Origin: Octopus sinensis
Taxonomy: Eukaryota
Direction of reading: 5' to 3'
Assembly: GCF_006345805.1 (NCBI RefSeq)
Contig: NC_043020.1
Location: 22,754,001 to 22,818,000 of the forward strand
DNA: 64,000 bases
Made by a program: the position numbers and the translations under genes. Below the pieces are notes generated by a model, which did not search any database, had not been told where the DNA came from, and saw only the letters and a program-made list of their open reading frames with translations. Shown piece after piece: positions 39,040-52,878 of the stretch (within the stretch, counting starts at the first letter, position 1; each line of letters starts with the position of its first letter).

Positions 39040-39249
39040 GCAAAATTAGGGACAGCGATCAAAATGGATCGAAATCGTTGTAGATATATGCAAAAAATGT
39101 CAAAATTATACAAAAAGTTCCCAAGAAATGGGAAAGTTTATCTGTGGAAAGAAATACCTATGAAAAGACCACAGTAACCTCGGTCAATTATGTCACATAT
39201 TAACATATTTATTTACATAGATAGATAGGTAGGCAGGTAGGTAGGTAGG

Positions 39250-39317
<68 letters not shown>

Positions 39318-39320
39318 GAT
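39040..39320 (-). mobile_element. Tx1 LINE 3'UTR fragment next to a (GATA)n tract
   Basis: gtggaaagaaatacctatgaaaagaccacagtaacctcggtcaa matches 46715-46760; (GATA)n at ~39215-39318. Confidence 0.65.
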
Positions 39321-39535
39321 AAAACCAGAAACGTCTCTGATGAAATTAGAATTTCGTAGGTCAGGTCATTCGATTTGTCTCAACCGATCAATGGTCTGAT
39401 CAAGTGAACTTATCAATAATGAACCTATAACGACTACTGGAAACAGCTGTAAGGCAAATTTAGAACAATAGAGCAAAATCTGTGAAGACCATCATTTATG
39501 CCTTGTCTTGCATATGTATATGTTTGTATGTATAT

Positions 39536-39581
<46 letters not shown>

Positions 39582-39602
39582 CATATATATACCTATATAT
39601 AC

Positions 39603-39633
<31 letters not shown>

Positions 39634-39866
39634 TGTTTCTTTATTGCCCACAAATGGCTAAACACAGAGGGGACAAACAAGGACAGACAATCGGATTAAG
39701 TCGATTACATCGACCCCAGTGCGTAACTGGTACTTTATTTATCGACCCCGAAAGGATGAAAGGCAAAGTCGACCTCGGCAGAATTTGAACCCAGAACGTA
39801 ACGCCGGACGAAATACAGCTACACATTTCGCCCGGCGTGCTAACATTTCTGCCAGCTCACCGCCTT
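39634..39866 (-). mobile_element. SINE family C, full length
   Basis: Reverse complement of 34790-35020. Confidence 0.85.
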
Positions 39867-40427
39867 CATATATATATATATATATATTCATTCATATGTA
39901 TGAATGTATGTATATTCATATATACATACATATATATGTATGTGTGTGTGTATGTGTGTGTGTTATTTGGATTAAAAGGAGAATGTTAGCAAAATAAGAA
40001 ATCAAAATAATTTAAAGAACTAACCTGATCACAGCCTGGAGAATTGTATATATATACCTTGTGGTGCATGTATATATACACATAGGTATATATATCTCTC
40101 ATTTGGTGTATATACATATATACATATACATATGTATATTGTCGATCCGGTTCCTTGTTATAACTGTGTCATTCTGGGGAAGTATTTTTGTTGATGTTGT
40201 TATTATTGCGTGTGTTGTTAGTGTGTTTGTTGTTGTCCGTAGTGGTGGTCATGGTGTTGGTAATGATGGTGGGAGGCAATGACATGTGTGTGTGTGTGGA
40301 TATATATGTGTATATATATATATATATATGTCTATTGTATTTACATGTGTGTGGTTGTTGCTGTTCTTAGTTACTCTAATTGTTGGGGTCTGCTTAGCAG
40401 CTGACAACAGCCCCCCATAGTAGTAGC

Positions 40428-40468
<41 letters not shown>

Positions 40469-40907
40469 GTGGTGGTGGTAATAATAGTTGTAGTAGGGGA
40501 GATGATGGTGGTGGTGGTAGTAGTAATAGTGAGGTGGGGTGGTAGTAGTAGTAGTAGTTGTGGGGGATGCAGTAGTAGTAGTCGTAGTAGTGATGGTGTT
40601 GACTGGGGAAGGGTGTGAGATGTGTTGTTTGTTTAGCCACAGGTCGGGTCAGTCCTGATGGAGCAAATATGATCCATTTTTTCTTTTTCTTGTTTTTTTT
40701 TTGTTTTACCTCACATCATCCTGTGTCCCTTTTTTTCTTTTTTTTACCTTAAGACAAAAGATGATGGTGACGGTGCTGATAGTGGGATGTGGGGTGTTGT
40801 GGGTGGTTTCAGAGAGGGAGATTTGGCTGCTATTTCTAACATTCAAGCGGTCGCATTGGGGAATCCATCATTGGGTCTTGTTGAAAAACAAACATGTGTT
40901 GATGGCT

Positions 40908-40972
<65 letters not shown>

Positions 40973-41200
40973 AGTAGTAGTGGTGGTGGTGGTGGTGTTG
41001 TTGTTGGGCTGGGACAGAAAGGAAAAAAAAAATTTGAAAGAGCCAAAAGTTGTTTTGGCGTTTTTGCTTGTAAATCCAAGGACAGAATTTTGGGTCTGAG
41101 AAAGGAATCTGGTAAAGTCTGAGAGAGAGAGAGAGAAAGAGACTTATTTCCTTGACTGAAGGTTGAGACGAAGAGGAGGGAAGGGAGGGAGAGAGAGGGG

Positions 41201-41233
<33 letters not shown>

Positions 41234-42604
41234 GCTTATGAGGGTGGGGAGAATGGTTTATCACACAGGGTGTGTTATAGATTAGACAGAGAGAAAAAGA
41301 GAGGAAGATATTTATATATATATATATATGTGTGTGTATATATAAATATATATATATATATATGTATGTATATAGGGGAGAGAGAGAGAGAAAGAAAGAA
41401 AGAAAGAAAGAGACTAGGTCTCTGTGTGTGTGTTTGTATCACAGGCGAAATAGAGAGAGAGAGAGAGAGAGAGAGAGAAGCCAGGAGACTCAAACATAGA
41501 AAAAGGCAGCAGATGAGGTGAGTGGGGGAGAGAAGTCACAAAGTTTGAGGAAGGTTAAGATTCTGTGTGTGTGTGTGTGTGTGTGTCTCTGTGTGTGTGT
41601 GTATGCACACTTATTTTAGGAGGGAGAGAGAGAAAGAGAGAGAGAGAAAGAGAGAGAGATGGATGTTGATGAAATAAATACATGATCCAGAAGAAGGAAG
41701 TAAAGAAACAAAGAAACAAAGAAAGAAAGAAGAAGAGGACAAAACTTAGGTGGTGGTGGTGGTGGCGGTGGTGATGGTGGTGGTAGGGATTCTGTGAATG
41801 TTACATGTGTGGTTGTTGTTGTTATTATATAGCCACAGGTCAACCTTGATCCAGCAGACCTATGATCAAAAGAATTCCAGTTGTGACCACCATGCCTTAT
41901 TTTTGTTTTCCTACTCACAGGGCTTGGCGGGACGGGTGGGGGGAGTGAACTGAGATCTACGTAATTAACACCCCCCCGTGCCCTATTTTGTAACGATGAT
42001 AGGACGAGGGGGGAGATTTAGCTGTTATTTCTAGCCAGTTGAGTAACCATGTAGAGGACTCTCTTGATGGCTCCAGTTACTGCTGTTATAGTAGTAATTG
42101 TAGCAGTGGCTGCCTTGGTGGTAGTGGCGGTGGTGGTGGTGGTGGTGGTGGTGGTGGTGGTATCATGGGGTGGAGACTGGTAGTACATGAAAGTACTAGA
42201 AGTGGTGGTGGTGGTGGTGGTGGTGGTGGTGGCAGAGGCTGGTTGCAGGGTGCCAGTAGTTGGGGTGGGGGTACGGGTAGAAGATGTGGGGGCGGGTGGG
42301 TCATTTCAGGCTGTGATGTGGGTGGGTGGGTGGGGGGGTGAGAGTGGAGGGAATGCTTCTGTCTGTGAGGCAACAGAGAAAGTGTGTATGTGCATATGTA
42401 TATCTGTTCCAGCATCTGTGTGTGTGTGCATACGTGTATGTGTGTGTGTGTGCACGTGTACATGTGATTGTTGTATTGTAGTAGTGGAGGCGTGGTCAGG
42501 ACCTGCTCATTCATAGAGTATCCCTTACCAGTGTTACACATAGACACACACACAGTACATATAGACATTGATACACACAAACAAAACTTTCATGTAAACA
42601 TGTC

Positions 42605-42644
<40 letters not shown>

Positions 42645-42771
42645 TATATATACATTATTAATATATATATGTGTGTTTCTTAAATGGCTTACAAACACCT
42701 TCCACGCTGCAATTGTTTTCATTCCAGCACACGATCTCAGATCAAATCACTTGCTATGCGAGTACATCTCC

Positions 42772-42816
<45 letters not shown>

Positions 42817-42932
42817 CTATATATATATTGATAAAAATGGTAGACCAACAAAAGAATGAAAGAGACCCTGATATTATGTAAAGAGAGGAATTTATCTGTA
42901 AATGTAATATGTGACAATTATTCGGTAGCCAT

Positions 42933-42993
42933 GATAAAACTCCGAGTTTCGGATGCTGTGGTGGAAATCCACGCTGCCATCTCTTCAGTTATC
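42933..42993 (-). ncRNA. Type I hammerhead motif with extended stem II, at a fold-back junction
   Basis: Minus strand GATAA-CTGAAGA-GATGGCAGCGTGGATTTCCACCACAGCATCC-GAAAC-TCGGAG-TT-TTATC; the start is repeated inverted at ~43007-43036. Confidence 0.65.
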
Positions 42994-43037
42994 CAGCCAT
43001 TTCCGATGGTTGGATAGCTGAAGAGATGGCGGCGTGT

Positions 43038-43689
43038 ATTTGGCACGAGTTGGACGGTTTGAATGAGGGCTGGCAATGAACCAGATGGTTGCACCAGGCT
43101 CCAATCTGATTTGGCAGAGTTTCTACAGCTGGATGCCCTTCCTAACACCAACCACTCTGAGAGTGTAGTGGATGCTTTTACGTGTCACCGGCACAGGGGC
43201 CAGTCAGGCGGTACTGGCAACAACTTCACTCGAATCTTTTTACATATGCCACCGGCACAGGTGCCAGTAAGGTGATGCTGGTAACGATCACACTCGAATG
43301 GGGCTTTTTACATGCCACTGGCACAGAAGCCAGTTGGCTGCTCTGGCAACGATCACACTCATATGGTGCTCTTTGCAGCCCACTTGCACGGGTGCCAGTC
43401 ATCAAATTTCACTTTGATTTTGATTTCACTTGCCTCAACAGGTCTTCGCAAGTAGAGTTTAGTGTCCAATGAAGGAAAGGTACGCATAAGTGGGCTGGTT
43501 ATGGCCCTGGCATAGGCCACGAGGTTATGGTCTTATTTGGCTTGCTGGGTCTTCTCAAGCATAGCATATTTCCAAAGGTCTCGGTCACTAGTCATTTCCT
43601 TGGTGAGGCCTAAAGTTCGAAGGTCATGCTTCACCACTTCATCCCAGGTCTTCCTGGGTCTACCTCTTCCACAGGTTCCCTCAACCACT
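43038..43689 (-). mobile_element. RTE-clade LINE 3' fragment (ORF C-terminus + 3'UTR)
   Basis: Minus strand translates VVEGTCGRGRPRKTWDEVVKHDLRTLGLTKEMTSDRDLWKYAMLEKTQQAK*, the RTE-type GRPRKTW...DR..W ending, followed by the repeated 3'UTR. Confidence 0.85.
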
Positions 43690-43914
43690 TAGTGGAATTT
43701 CATCTATCACTATGTTCTGAGTTCAAATTCTGCTGAGGTCAACTTTGCCTTTCCTCCTTTCGGGGTCAATAAATTAAGTACCAGTGAAACACTTGGGTTG
43801 ATGCAATCAACTACCCCTTCTCCAAAATTTGTCTTAATGTTCTGAGTTCAAATTCCACTGAGGTCAATAAAGTAAGTAGCAGTGAATGAGAACCCAGGTT
43901 CGAAATTTCCCCAA

Positions 43915-43960
43915 GACACCTGATGAAGGCTGGAGGTTATATCAGCCGAAACGTTGTGTT
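43915..43960 (+). ncRNA. Intact minimal type I hammerhead motif in a family E tail (43884-44015)
   Basis: GACAC-CTGATGA-A-GGCTG-GAGGTTATAT-CAGCC-GAAAC-GTT-GTGTT; predicted cleavage after 43955. Confidence 0.85.
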
Positions 43961-44015
43961 AACAACAAACAAGATGAGGACAAATATCTGTCAAATGTAA
44001 ATAATGTAAATAATG

Positions 44016-44305
44016 AACATGGTATTGCTTCTGTACCAACCCTATTCATCAGATTTAGCACCTGAAGACTTTCATTTCTTCCCCAAGATGAAAATACAGC
44101 TTAAAGGTCGCCATTTTAACACCGTTGTCAAAATTCAGAATGAATCACAGAGGATCATTGATTCACAAAACATGACTTTGAGGCTGCATTCCAAAAGTGG
44201 AAGAGCAGTGGGAGTGGGGACTGCTTTGAAGGGATTGATGTTAAAGCTTAGGTAAATAGGTTATTTTTAATTAAAGGTAACTAGTCTTTTTGGTGCCAGT
44301 TCGTA
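44016..44305 (+). pseudogene. Mariner transposase C-terminal fragment and right end
   Basis: YQPYSSDLAPEDFHFFPKMKIQLKGRHF matches the mariner YSPDLAPxDF motif; ends ...cagttcgTA. Confidence 0.85.
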
Positions 44306-45133
44306 CACCATAAACACACCACACACATGCATACACACGCATGCACACACACATGTACACATGCACACACACAGACACACACACACATGCACACACACAG
44401 ACACACACACACATGCACACACACAGACACACACACACAAGTACACACACATGAATACACGCATGCATGCACACACACAGACACACACACACAAGTACAC
44501 ACACATGAATACACGCATGCATGCACACACACAGACACACACACACAAGTACACACACATGAATACACGCATGCATGCACACACACGCACACACACACAT
44601 GTACACATGCACACACACATTCGCACACACATGCACACTCGCACACACACACACACCCATGCACACACGCACACATACCCAGGCACACACTCACACACAT
44701 ACACATATACACACACTCACACTTATATGGGTATGTGTGTGTATAACTGCCTCTGCAAATCATCAATGAGGGATCCCTGCAGAGATGCTGAAGAGGCTGG
44801 GGGAGAATGGGACATATATTAAGGAACAGTGAAGTGTAGCAGGGGCTTTGTGTGAGTGGAGGGATGGCAGACCTTGAAATCTTAAAGATAGCTGAGGGCT
44901 TCCAGTGTGAGGGTGGAAGGGTAGGGGTAAAAAATAGGATGGGGGGGCAGGAGAGCCCTAGACCCATTTCATATGTTCCTGGTGATGCTCTTAGCACCAC
45001 ACCCCCACCACCACCGCCACTGCCCCCACAGCCTCTACTGTGACTGGATGGTGATGATGATGATGATGATGACGATGATGATGATGATGATGATAACGAT
45101 GATGACGATGGTGATGGTGGTGATGATGATGAC

Positions 45134-45165
<32 letters not shown>

Positions 45166-45397
45166 CGACGATGATGATGATGATGATGACGATGACTATG
45201 ATGATAAGGATGAGGATGGTGAAGATGGTGACCACCACGATGATGATGGCGATGATGATGGCGACGATGACGACGATGATGATGATGGTGATGGAGTGAT
45301 CAGCAGGATTGTAAGAAGGGTGGTGCCTCTGTTTGTTTGGTGGGGGGGTAAGGTATGTTGGGGGTTGTGACAGTAGTGGTGGTAGTAGTAATAGCAA

Positions 45398-45449
<52 letters not shown>

Positions 45450-45750
45450 GGTGGTGGTAGTGGTAATGTTCAAGCTTACCACCAAGGCCACCACAATGGC
45501 CATCCATGTCTCCACCACCGCCTGCAACCATACCACCATCGCCACCACTACAAACACCCCCACCACCACCAACAACAACATCAGCACCACCATCCTGTTC
45601 CCACCCAACATAATGGGAAAAGGATGTGTAAGTCTTTGCTGCCCCTTGGTGCTGAAAGCTTAGCTTCTTGGTAGGTTGTCTGCATGTATATATATATATG
45701 TCTATATTAGTGCCAAGCATATATATATATATATATACATGCATTTGTGC

Positions 45751-45803
<53 letters not shown>

Positions 45804-46044
45804 TAAAAATGTAATTTTAATTAAGGGCACCACTGGGATGCCAGTGCCTGTACGCTAGAAGCAGATGTCAAATACCTACAATACCTTAATTATAATTATA
45901 TATTTATAATTATGTACTTAAAAATTTATTTTACCAATATGGTCTTTTTATATACACTAGCCACTGGTATAATAATTTTAATGACTATCCTCAATTTACA
46001 GACATATATATATAGGTGTGTATACACTTTACATATATATATAT

Positions 46045-46135
46045 TCTGTTATGTCTGGGGAGAGTCATTCTCTTTTTGTGCTTTATAATTTAACACACTC
46101 ACCAGTAAAATGTCCACTTATTTCTTTTATTTTTA
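46045..46135. mobile_element. One-armed copy of MITE family M1
   Basis: atgtctggggagagtcattctctttttgtgctttataatttaacacactcaccagtaaaa matches the M1 arms. Confidence 0.7.
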
Positions 46136-46289
46136 TTTTTATTTTTACAAGAACTCACATAAAGAATCTTGCAAACCAAATCCAAACACGAAATAAATAT
46201 ATATTGTTTGTGTATATATGTACCTTCGTGTGTGCATACATATGTGTGTGTGTCTGTCAATGATACATATGTGTGTGTGTCATCAATGA

Positions 46290-46336
<47 letters not shown>

Positions 46337-46435
46337 GTAGGTAGGTAGGTAGGTAGGTAGATAGATAGATAGATAGATAGATAGACTGACAGACAGGCAC
46401 ACAGAAAGGTAGGTAGATAGATAGAGTGATAGATA

Positions 46436-48979
46436 TGTTTCTTTATTAGCCACACAGGGCTGCACACAGATAGAACAAATTACAAGGTAGAGCTTTTCTT
46501 TTGAAGGTTTAAAAAAAAAAAAAAAAAAAAAAAAGGAAAGGGGAGTTTCGATCAAAAGGGATCGTAAAAGGAGAGAAAGAGGACAAAAAAAGGGGGGGGT
46601 TAAAAAAAAAAAAAAAAAAAAAAAGGGGGAGAGGAAAAAAAAATTGATCAATAGGGATCGTTATCACAGAAATGTCAATATGAAGTGTAAAGGGGAGGAC
46701 AGGTGAGGTTTACCCGTGGAAAGAAAAGCCTACGGAAAAGACCACGGTAACCTCGGTCAATGAAGTCACATTTTATATTTTTTTTTTTTTTTTTTTTTTG
46801 CAAATAAGCAACTCTCTGTTTTCGATTTCTGGGTTCATAGGACTATGCTCAAGGTGGCTTCGTCATTCTACGTGCCATTCTTGCTACATTCACCCATCTT
46901 TTTTTAAAACATTCGCTAGACAAAACTTGCCTCTCTACTCTCACTTTCCTTTTCAAGTGGTACTTGAAGAAGTTGATGAGAGATTGACCAGAGAGGAAAA
47001 TGTTTGTCTCCAATCCTTTCAGACGCGTCCACCAGATACATTCTTTCGCCATAGCCCAAGGATGATGAAAATAGCTCTTCCTTCCCGTTTGAAGGAAGGA
47101 GGCGTGACAATATTGACGATAGGACTCAGCTGATAAACCGACTCGTCCCACACGTGACAGCAGTTGTTCGACATAAGTCCACAGGTCGGAAATTGTTGGA
47201 CACTGAACGAGTGCGTGCAGAACGGTTTCGTCGCTCTGACCGCATCTCGGGCAGGTCGGCCGTGTTTCTCGAGCCGTGTCTGTAGAGCTTATCCCGAACG
47301 GGTAGCGCTTCTCGGTAGCACTGCCAGGCCAGGCCAGGATCTCTGGAAGTTGTCCATGGCCCTGGCCCGAAGTCGTCCCGAACAGGCGGGTCAGGTACTC
47401 CTCGTCGACGTCCAGGTTCGCCCCGAGCGTCGTCGTACCTCCCCTCCACTAAACCCCTATAGAATGCTTTGGTTGTGTTGAAGTCACTTAAGGTCGACCC
47501 AGGACGGCAGAGTTGCTTGAGAGCAACGCGACACTCGCGGTGCCATTCGCCCTTCCTCGGCCTCTTTTTGATCCACGACTGCAGTTCGGTCATGGAGACG
47601 AGCTGCGGGAAAGCGTGCCTCACAAACGGCGACCACACCTGTTCACCGTCGTCTACATAGAGCCAGAGATGTCGCAGTCTCAGCGCGTGTCTGCGCATCA
47701 TCAACCACGGCATGCCAGCCCTCCTTTTAACGGGTGTTGACAGCAAATGGATCGCCTGACCATCGGGACGCATCCTTTCCACAAGAAGCGAAAAAGAGGA
47801 TGCGTTGTAGTTTGGTGATGGTAGGGTCGGGACAAGGTACGACGGTCAGGCGGTAGTAGATGACGGACGCGATGTACGTGTTCGCCACCTCCGCTCGACC
47901 TTTTAGGGACAGTTTCCTCTCGGCCCATTGCCGGGCGAGAGTGACCACCCTACTCGTTATCTCGTTCCAGTTCTTCTCCACTTGGAGGTCCGGACCAAAC
48001 CAGACCCGAGCAACTCAACCGGGCCGTCGGTCCAGCGTCCCACGACGGAGGCGCTGGTGGACGGCATGGGCTTGCTTCTCAGGTGCCTAGTCGCAAGCCC
48101 ACTGACTTTTCCGGTTGATTTCGCTCCTGTCACCGCTTCGTAGTTTTTCAGTGTCTCACCGACCAGCTCTATGTGCTCGTGGCTTGACACTATGACGGTG
48201 ACGTCGTCCGCGTATGCAGACACGCTCGTCCCGCATCCCAATTCTCGCGGGATGCCCCTTAGAGTCGCCAGCTTCCGCAGTAGTGGCTCAAGAGTCAATA
48301 CGTATAGAAGCGCCGAGAGGGGGCATCCCTGACGGACCGAACGTGCAATGTCGAAAGGTCTTGATAGATGTCCATTTACGCGAATTACCGAACGGATGCC
48401 TCTGTAAGGCAGCTATCCAGCCGCGGAAGACGGGACCGAAACCAGCCGCTCTCAGGACTGCCTCCAAGTATCGATGGTCTACCCTATCAAAGGCTTTCGA
48501 TTGATCCAAGTTGATCAGGGCCCCACCCATGCCAGGTTCGTTAACTACCCTGTCTATGATGTAGCGCATCAGATGGAGGTTGTCATGGATGGTCCGGCCT
48601 GGCACGGCGCATGTTTGCGCCTTGTCGACCAGTTTCTCGATGACAAGCGCCAACCTCTTGGCTAACACCTTGGCCAAAATTTTCAAGTCTGCATTAAGCA
48701 GAGTGATGGGCCTAAAGTTATCTATTACATTTCCCTTGTTTAGATCTTTCTTCAGCAGTGTTACGGCTCCTCGGCTCACAAAACCAGGAATGCTCCCGTT
48801 TTGCTGCCAGTTGCAGTACACGCGCGCCAAGAGATCTCCAAACAAGTCTGGCATACAATTGTAAAGCTCGTAGGGTAGACCATCCAAACCCGGTGATTTG
48901 TCCCTCGAGCATTCTGCCATCGCTTCCCGCACTTCCGCCGCCGTGATGGCACCTTCGCAGCACCCTGCCTTTCTTGTCG
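46436..48979 (-). mobile_element. 5'-truncated Tx1/L1-clade LINE; frameshifted ORF2 (RT + CCHC), 3'UTR, 17-bp TSD
   Basis: KSPGLDG, NFRPITLLNAD, LDQSKAFDRV, VRQGCPLS, SAYADDV and CPRC-x8-H-x4-C motifs on -; ORF ends at 46849; AATAAAGAAACA 3' end; TSD agatagagtgatagata at 46419-46435 and 48980-48996. Confidence 0.95.
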
Positions 48980-48988
48980 AGATAGAGT

Positions 48989-49082
<94 letters not shown>

Positions 49083-50308
49083 CAGATAGATAGGCAGACA
49101 GACAGACAGAAAAATGGATAGTTGAATAGAGAGATAGACTGGCTGATAGATAGAAAGATATGTAGGTAGGTAGATAGACAGATAGATAGAGAGAGAGAGA
49201 TTTATATAATGTGTGTGTATGTATATATGTATATACATATATATACATGTGTGAGTGTGTCTGTATGTGTAAATTCCTCTGTTCCTGAAGAATTTCTGCC
49301 AGAAGCACTAGGTAACCCACTAAACGCAACACCCGGATATGTTTTTGGCCAACCACGATTGTTCAATTCTCAAGTGAGGGCTGGTGTACCAAGATATGGC
49401 TTTTCTAGTGCGGGCCCAAGGGAACCCATAGGGTCTCTCTCATTTACCCCATGCACGCGCGTCTGTGTGTGTATATGTGTGAATGCAAGTATATGTGTGT
49501 GTTAATGTGCTTGCATGATGTTACTGTTTAGCCCCAGGTAAGTCCTGACCCAGTACACCGGTGATCAATGAGGTTCTAACCATGGCCACCACACAGGTTT
49601 TTTTTCTTTTTCACCGATCCACTGTATCTAAGAAAACATTCTCCGATGTCTCTTTCCATTTTTTTTTGAAGGTCATGAGGTGTGATTTGAAGTGGGGTAT
49701 TTGACTGCTATTTCAAACGGACTGTAGTTGGTTCTCTCAGCTGATAGACAGTCAGACTGACAGCTAGAAAGACAGACAGACGGACACAGTCCCAGGGAAT
49801 GCCTGATGGACAGACAGACAGACAGACTGGAAAGATAGATAGGACCCAGTTGTAGCCATGTAAGAGAAGACATTCTTTGGTGTGGGTGGAGGGGTGGCGG
49901 GGTGTTAACGGAGGGGGTGGGATCGGAGAGGGGTGGGAGTGGTAAGAAAGAGGAAGATTCTGTGTGTGTGTGTGTGTGTGGTTGAGGTGGGGGGGGATAA
50001 GGTAGGGTGGCGGAGTGGGTAGCGAATGGAGATGGGGGTGGAAGGTGGATTCCAAATATACATGAAGTATACACATACACACACATGTGCACAAACATTC
50101 ACACACACTCACCTCCAGACACACACACATACACACACTCATATACACACATATGTAAAAGAGTAAAAGAGTATAGATATGCACACACACACACACACAC
50201 TCTCGACCATACACACATACACACACCAGCACATACTCTCACTCATAAACACATACATACACACTCACCCACATACATATGTTTTCACACACACACACAC
50301 ACACACAC

Positions 50309-50343
<35 letters not shown>

Positions 50344-50371
50344 TCAGACACATACACACACACACACGCAT

Positions 50372-50402
<31 letters not shown>

Positions 50403-51029
50403 GATATACATTCACACACACATTGACCCACATACATGCCATCACACACACGCACATCAACACACACCCTCAGCCACATGCATACACACCCTAACACATA
50501 CACTCTCACACACACCCATGCACACACACACAGCGACGCATACACATGTGCCTGTAGAGGAAGAGAAGTTTTAGCTTTGCTCATAGAATATCTGTTCCCT
50601 GAATAAGGGTGGGAGGCAAGGAAAAAAAAGAGGGAATGAGGAAGGAGGAGTAAAACGGGAGGAGGAGGAGGAAGAAGAAGAGAAGGTGGAGGGGTGGGGT
50701 GGAAGTGTTCTGCCTGTTGACACAGTTTGAGAAAGTTTTGGTAAAGCAGAGGTAAGGTTTGGTAAAACATTCTAGCAGAACTAAACTTGGTATCTGAGAA
50801 CAAGGAACAGTGGTGGGGGTCATGGTGGGGGGGCGAGAATGGGAGCCAAAGAGGAATTTGTAGAGGGAGCTGTTAAGAGTTGTTGATATTATTGCTGTTT
50901 AATCTAAGGTTGGTCCCCTGGTTGAGAAACAGGGCCTTATGATTGCGGACAATCCGGTCATGGCCATCACAACTGTGGTTCTTAATGTGTTCTTTTTTTG
51001 CTTCTTCTTTTTATATCATGGCACATGGT

Positions 51030-51266
51030 AATTATCATCATCTTCGTCACTATCCTCTTCGTCATCATCGTTGCCTTCGTTATCATCATTGATGTCGTTG
51101 TCCTCATCATCATTGCTGTCGTTATCTTCAGTGTTGGCGTCATCGTTGTCATCATTAACGTCATTCTCATCATCACCATCACCATCATCGTCGTCATCAT
51201 CATCATCATCATAATCATCATCGTCATTCTCATCGTCATCATCATCATCAACATCATCATCATCAT

Positions 51267-51317
<51 letters not shown>

Positions 51318-51543
51318 AATCATCATCATCATCATCATAATCATCATCATCATCATCATCATAATCATCATCATCATCATCATAATCACATCATCATCAA
51401 TCATATCATCATCTCATCATCATCATCATAATCATCATCAGCAGCAGCAGCATCATAATCATCATCGTCATTCTCATCGTCATCATCATCATCATCATAA
51501 TCATCATCATCATCATCATAATCATCATCATCATCATCATCAT

Positions 51544-51589
<46 letters not shown>

Positions 51590-51648
51590 ATCATAATCAT
51601 CATCGTCATTCTCATCGTCATCATCATCATCAACATCATCATCATCAT

Positions 51649-51694
<46 letters not shown>

Positions 51695-51858
51695 ATCATA
51701 ATCATCATCGTCATTCTCATCGTCATCATCATCATCAACATCATCATCATCATAATCATCATCGTCATTCTCATCATCATCATCATCAGCAGCAGCAGCA
51801 TCATAATCATCATCGTCATTCTCATCGTCATCATCATCATCAACATCATCATCATCAT

Positions 51859-51904
<46 letters not shown>

Positions 51905-51909
51905 ATCAT

Positions 51910-51945
<36 letters not shown>

Positions 51946-52115
51946 AATCATCATCGTCATCATAATCATCATCGTCATTCTCATCATCATCATCATCAGC
52001 AGCAGCAGCATCATAATCATCATCATCATCATCATCATCATAATCATCATCATCATCATCATCATAATCATCATCGTCATTCTCATCATCATCATCATCA
52101 TCAGCAGCAGCACAT

Positions 52116-52167
<52 letters not shown>

Positions 52168-52262
52168 AATCATCATCGTCATTCTCATCACATCATCATC
52201 ATCATCATAATCATCATCGTCATTCTCATCATCATCATCATCATCATCATAATCATCATCGT

Positions 52263-52302
<40 letters not shown>

Positions 52303-52349
52303 GTCATTCTCATCATCATCATCATCACCATCAGCAGCAGCAGCATCAT

Positions 52350-52400
<51 letters not shown>

Positions 52401-52448
52401 AATCATCATCGTCATTCTCATCATCATCATCATCACCAGCAGCAGCAG

Positions 52449-52502
<54 letters not shown>

Positions 52503-52550
52503 AATCATCATCGTCATTCTCATCATCATCATCATCACCAGCAGCAGCAG

Positions 52551-52601
<51 letters not shown>

Positions 52602-52648
52602 AATCATCATCGTCATTCTCATCATCATCATCATCACCAGCAGCACAG

Positions 52649-52686
<38 letters not shown>

Positions 52687-52689
52687 CAC

Positions 52690-52750
<61 letters not shown>

Positions 52751-52803
52751 GTCATCATCATCGCCATCATCGTCATCATCATCGCATCATCACCGTCATA
52801 ATC

Positions 52804-52878
<75 letters not shown>

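Noticed and set aside
39328-39360. CTGATGA as a hammerhead core
   Set aside because: No GAAA after a plausible stem II and no closing stem I.
44760-44960. GIPAEMLKRLGENG resembling an RTE RT pre-domain
   Set aside because: Only ~12 residues match and downstream motifs are missing; not enough to call.
49262-49460. Open frame VPEEFLPEALGNPLNATPGYVFGQPRLF... as a host exon
   Set aside because: No recognisable homology and no convincing splice-site pair around the open frame.
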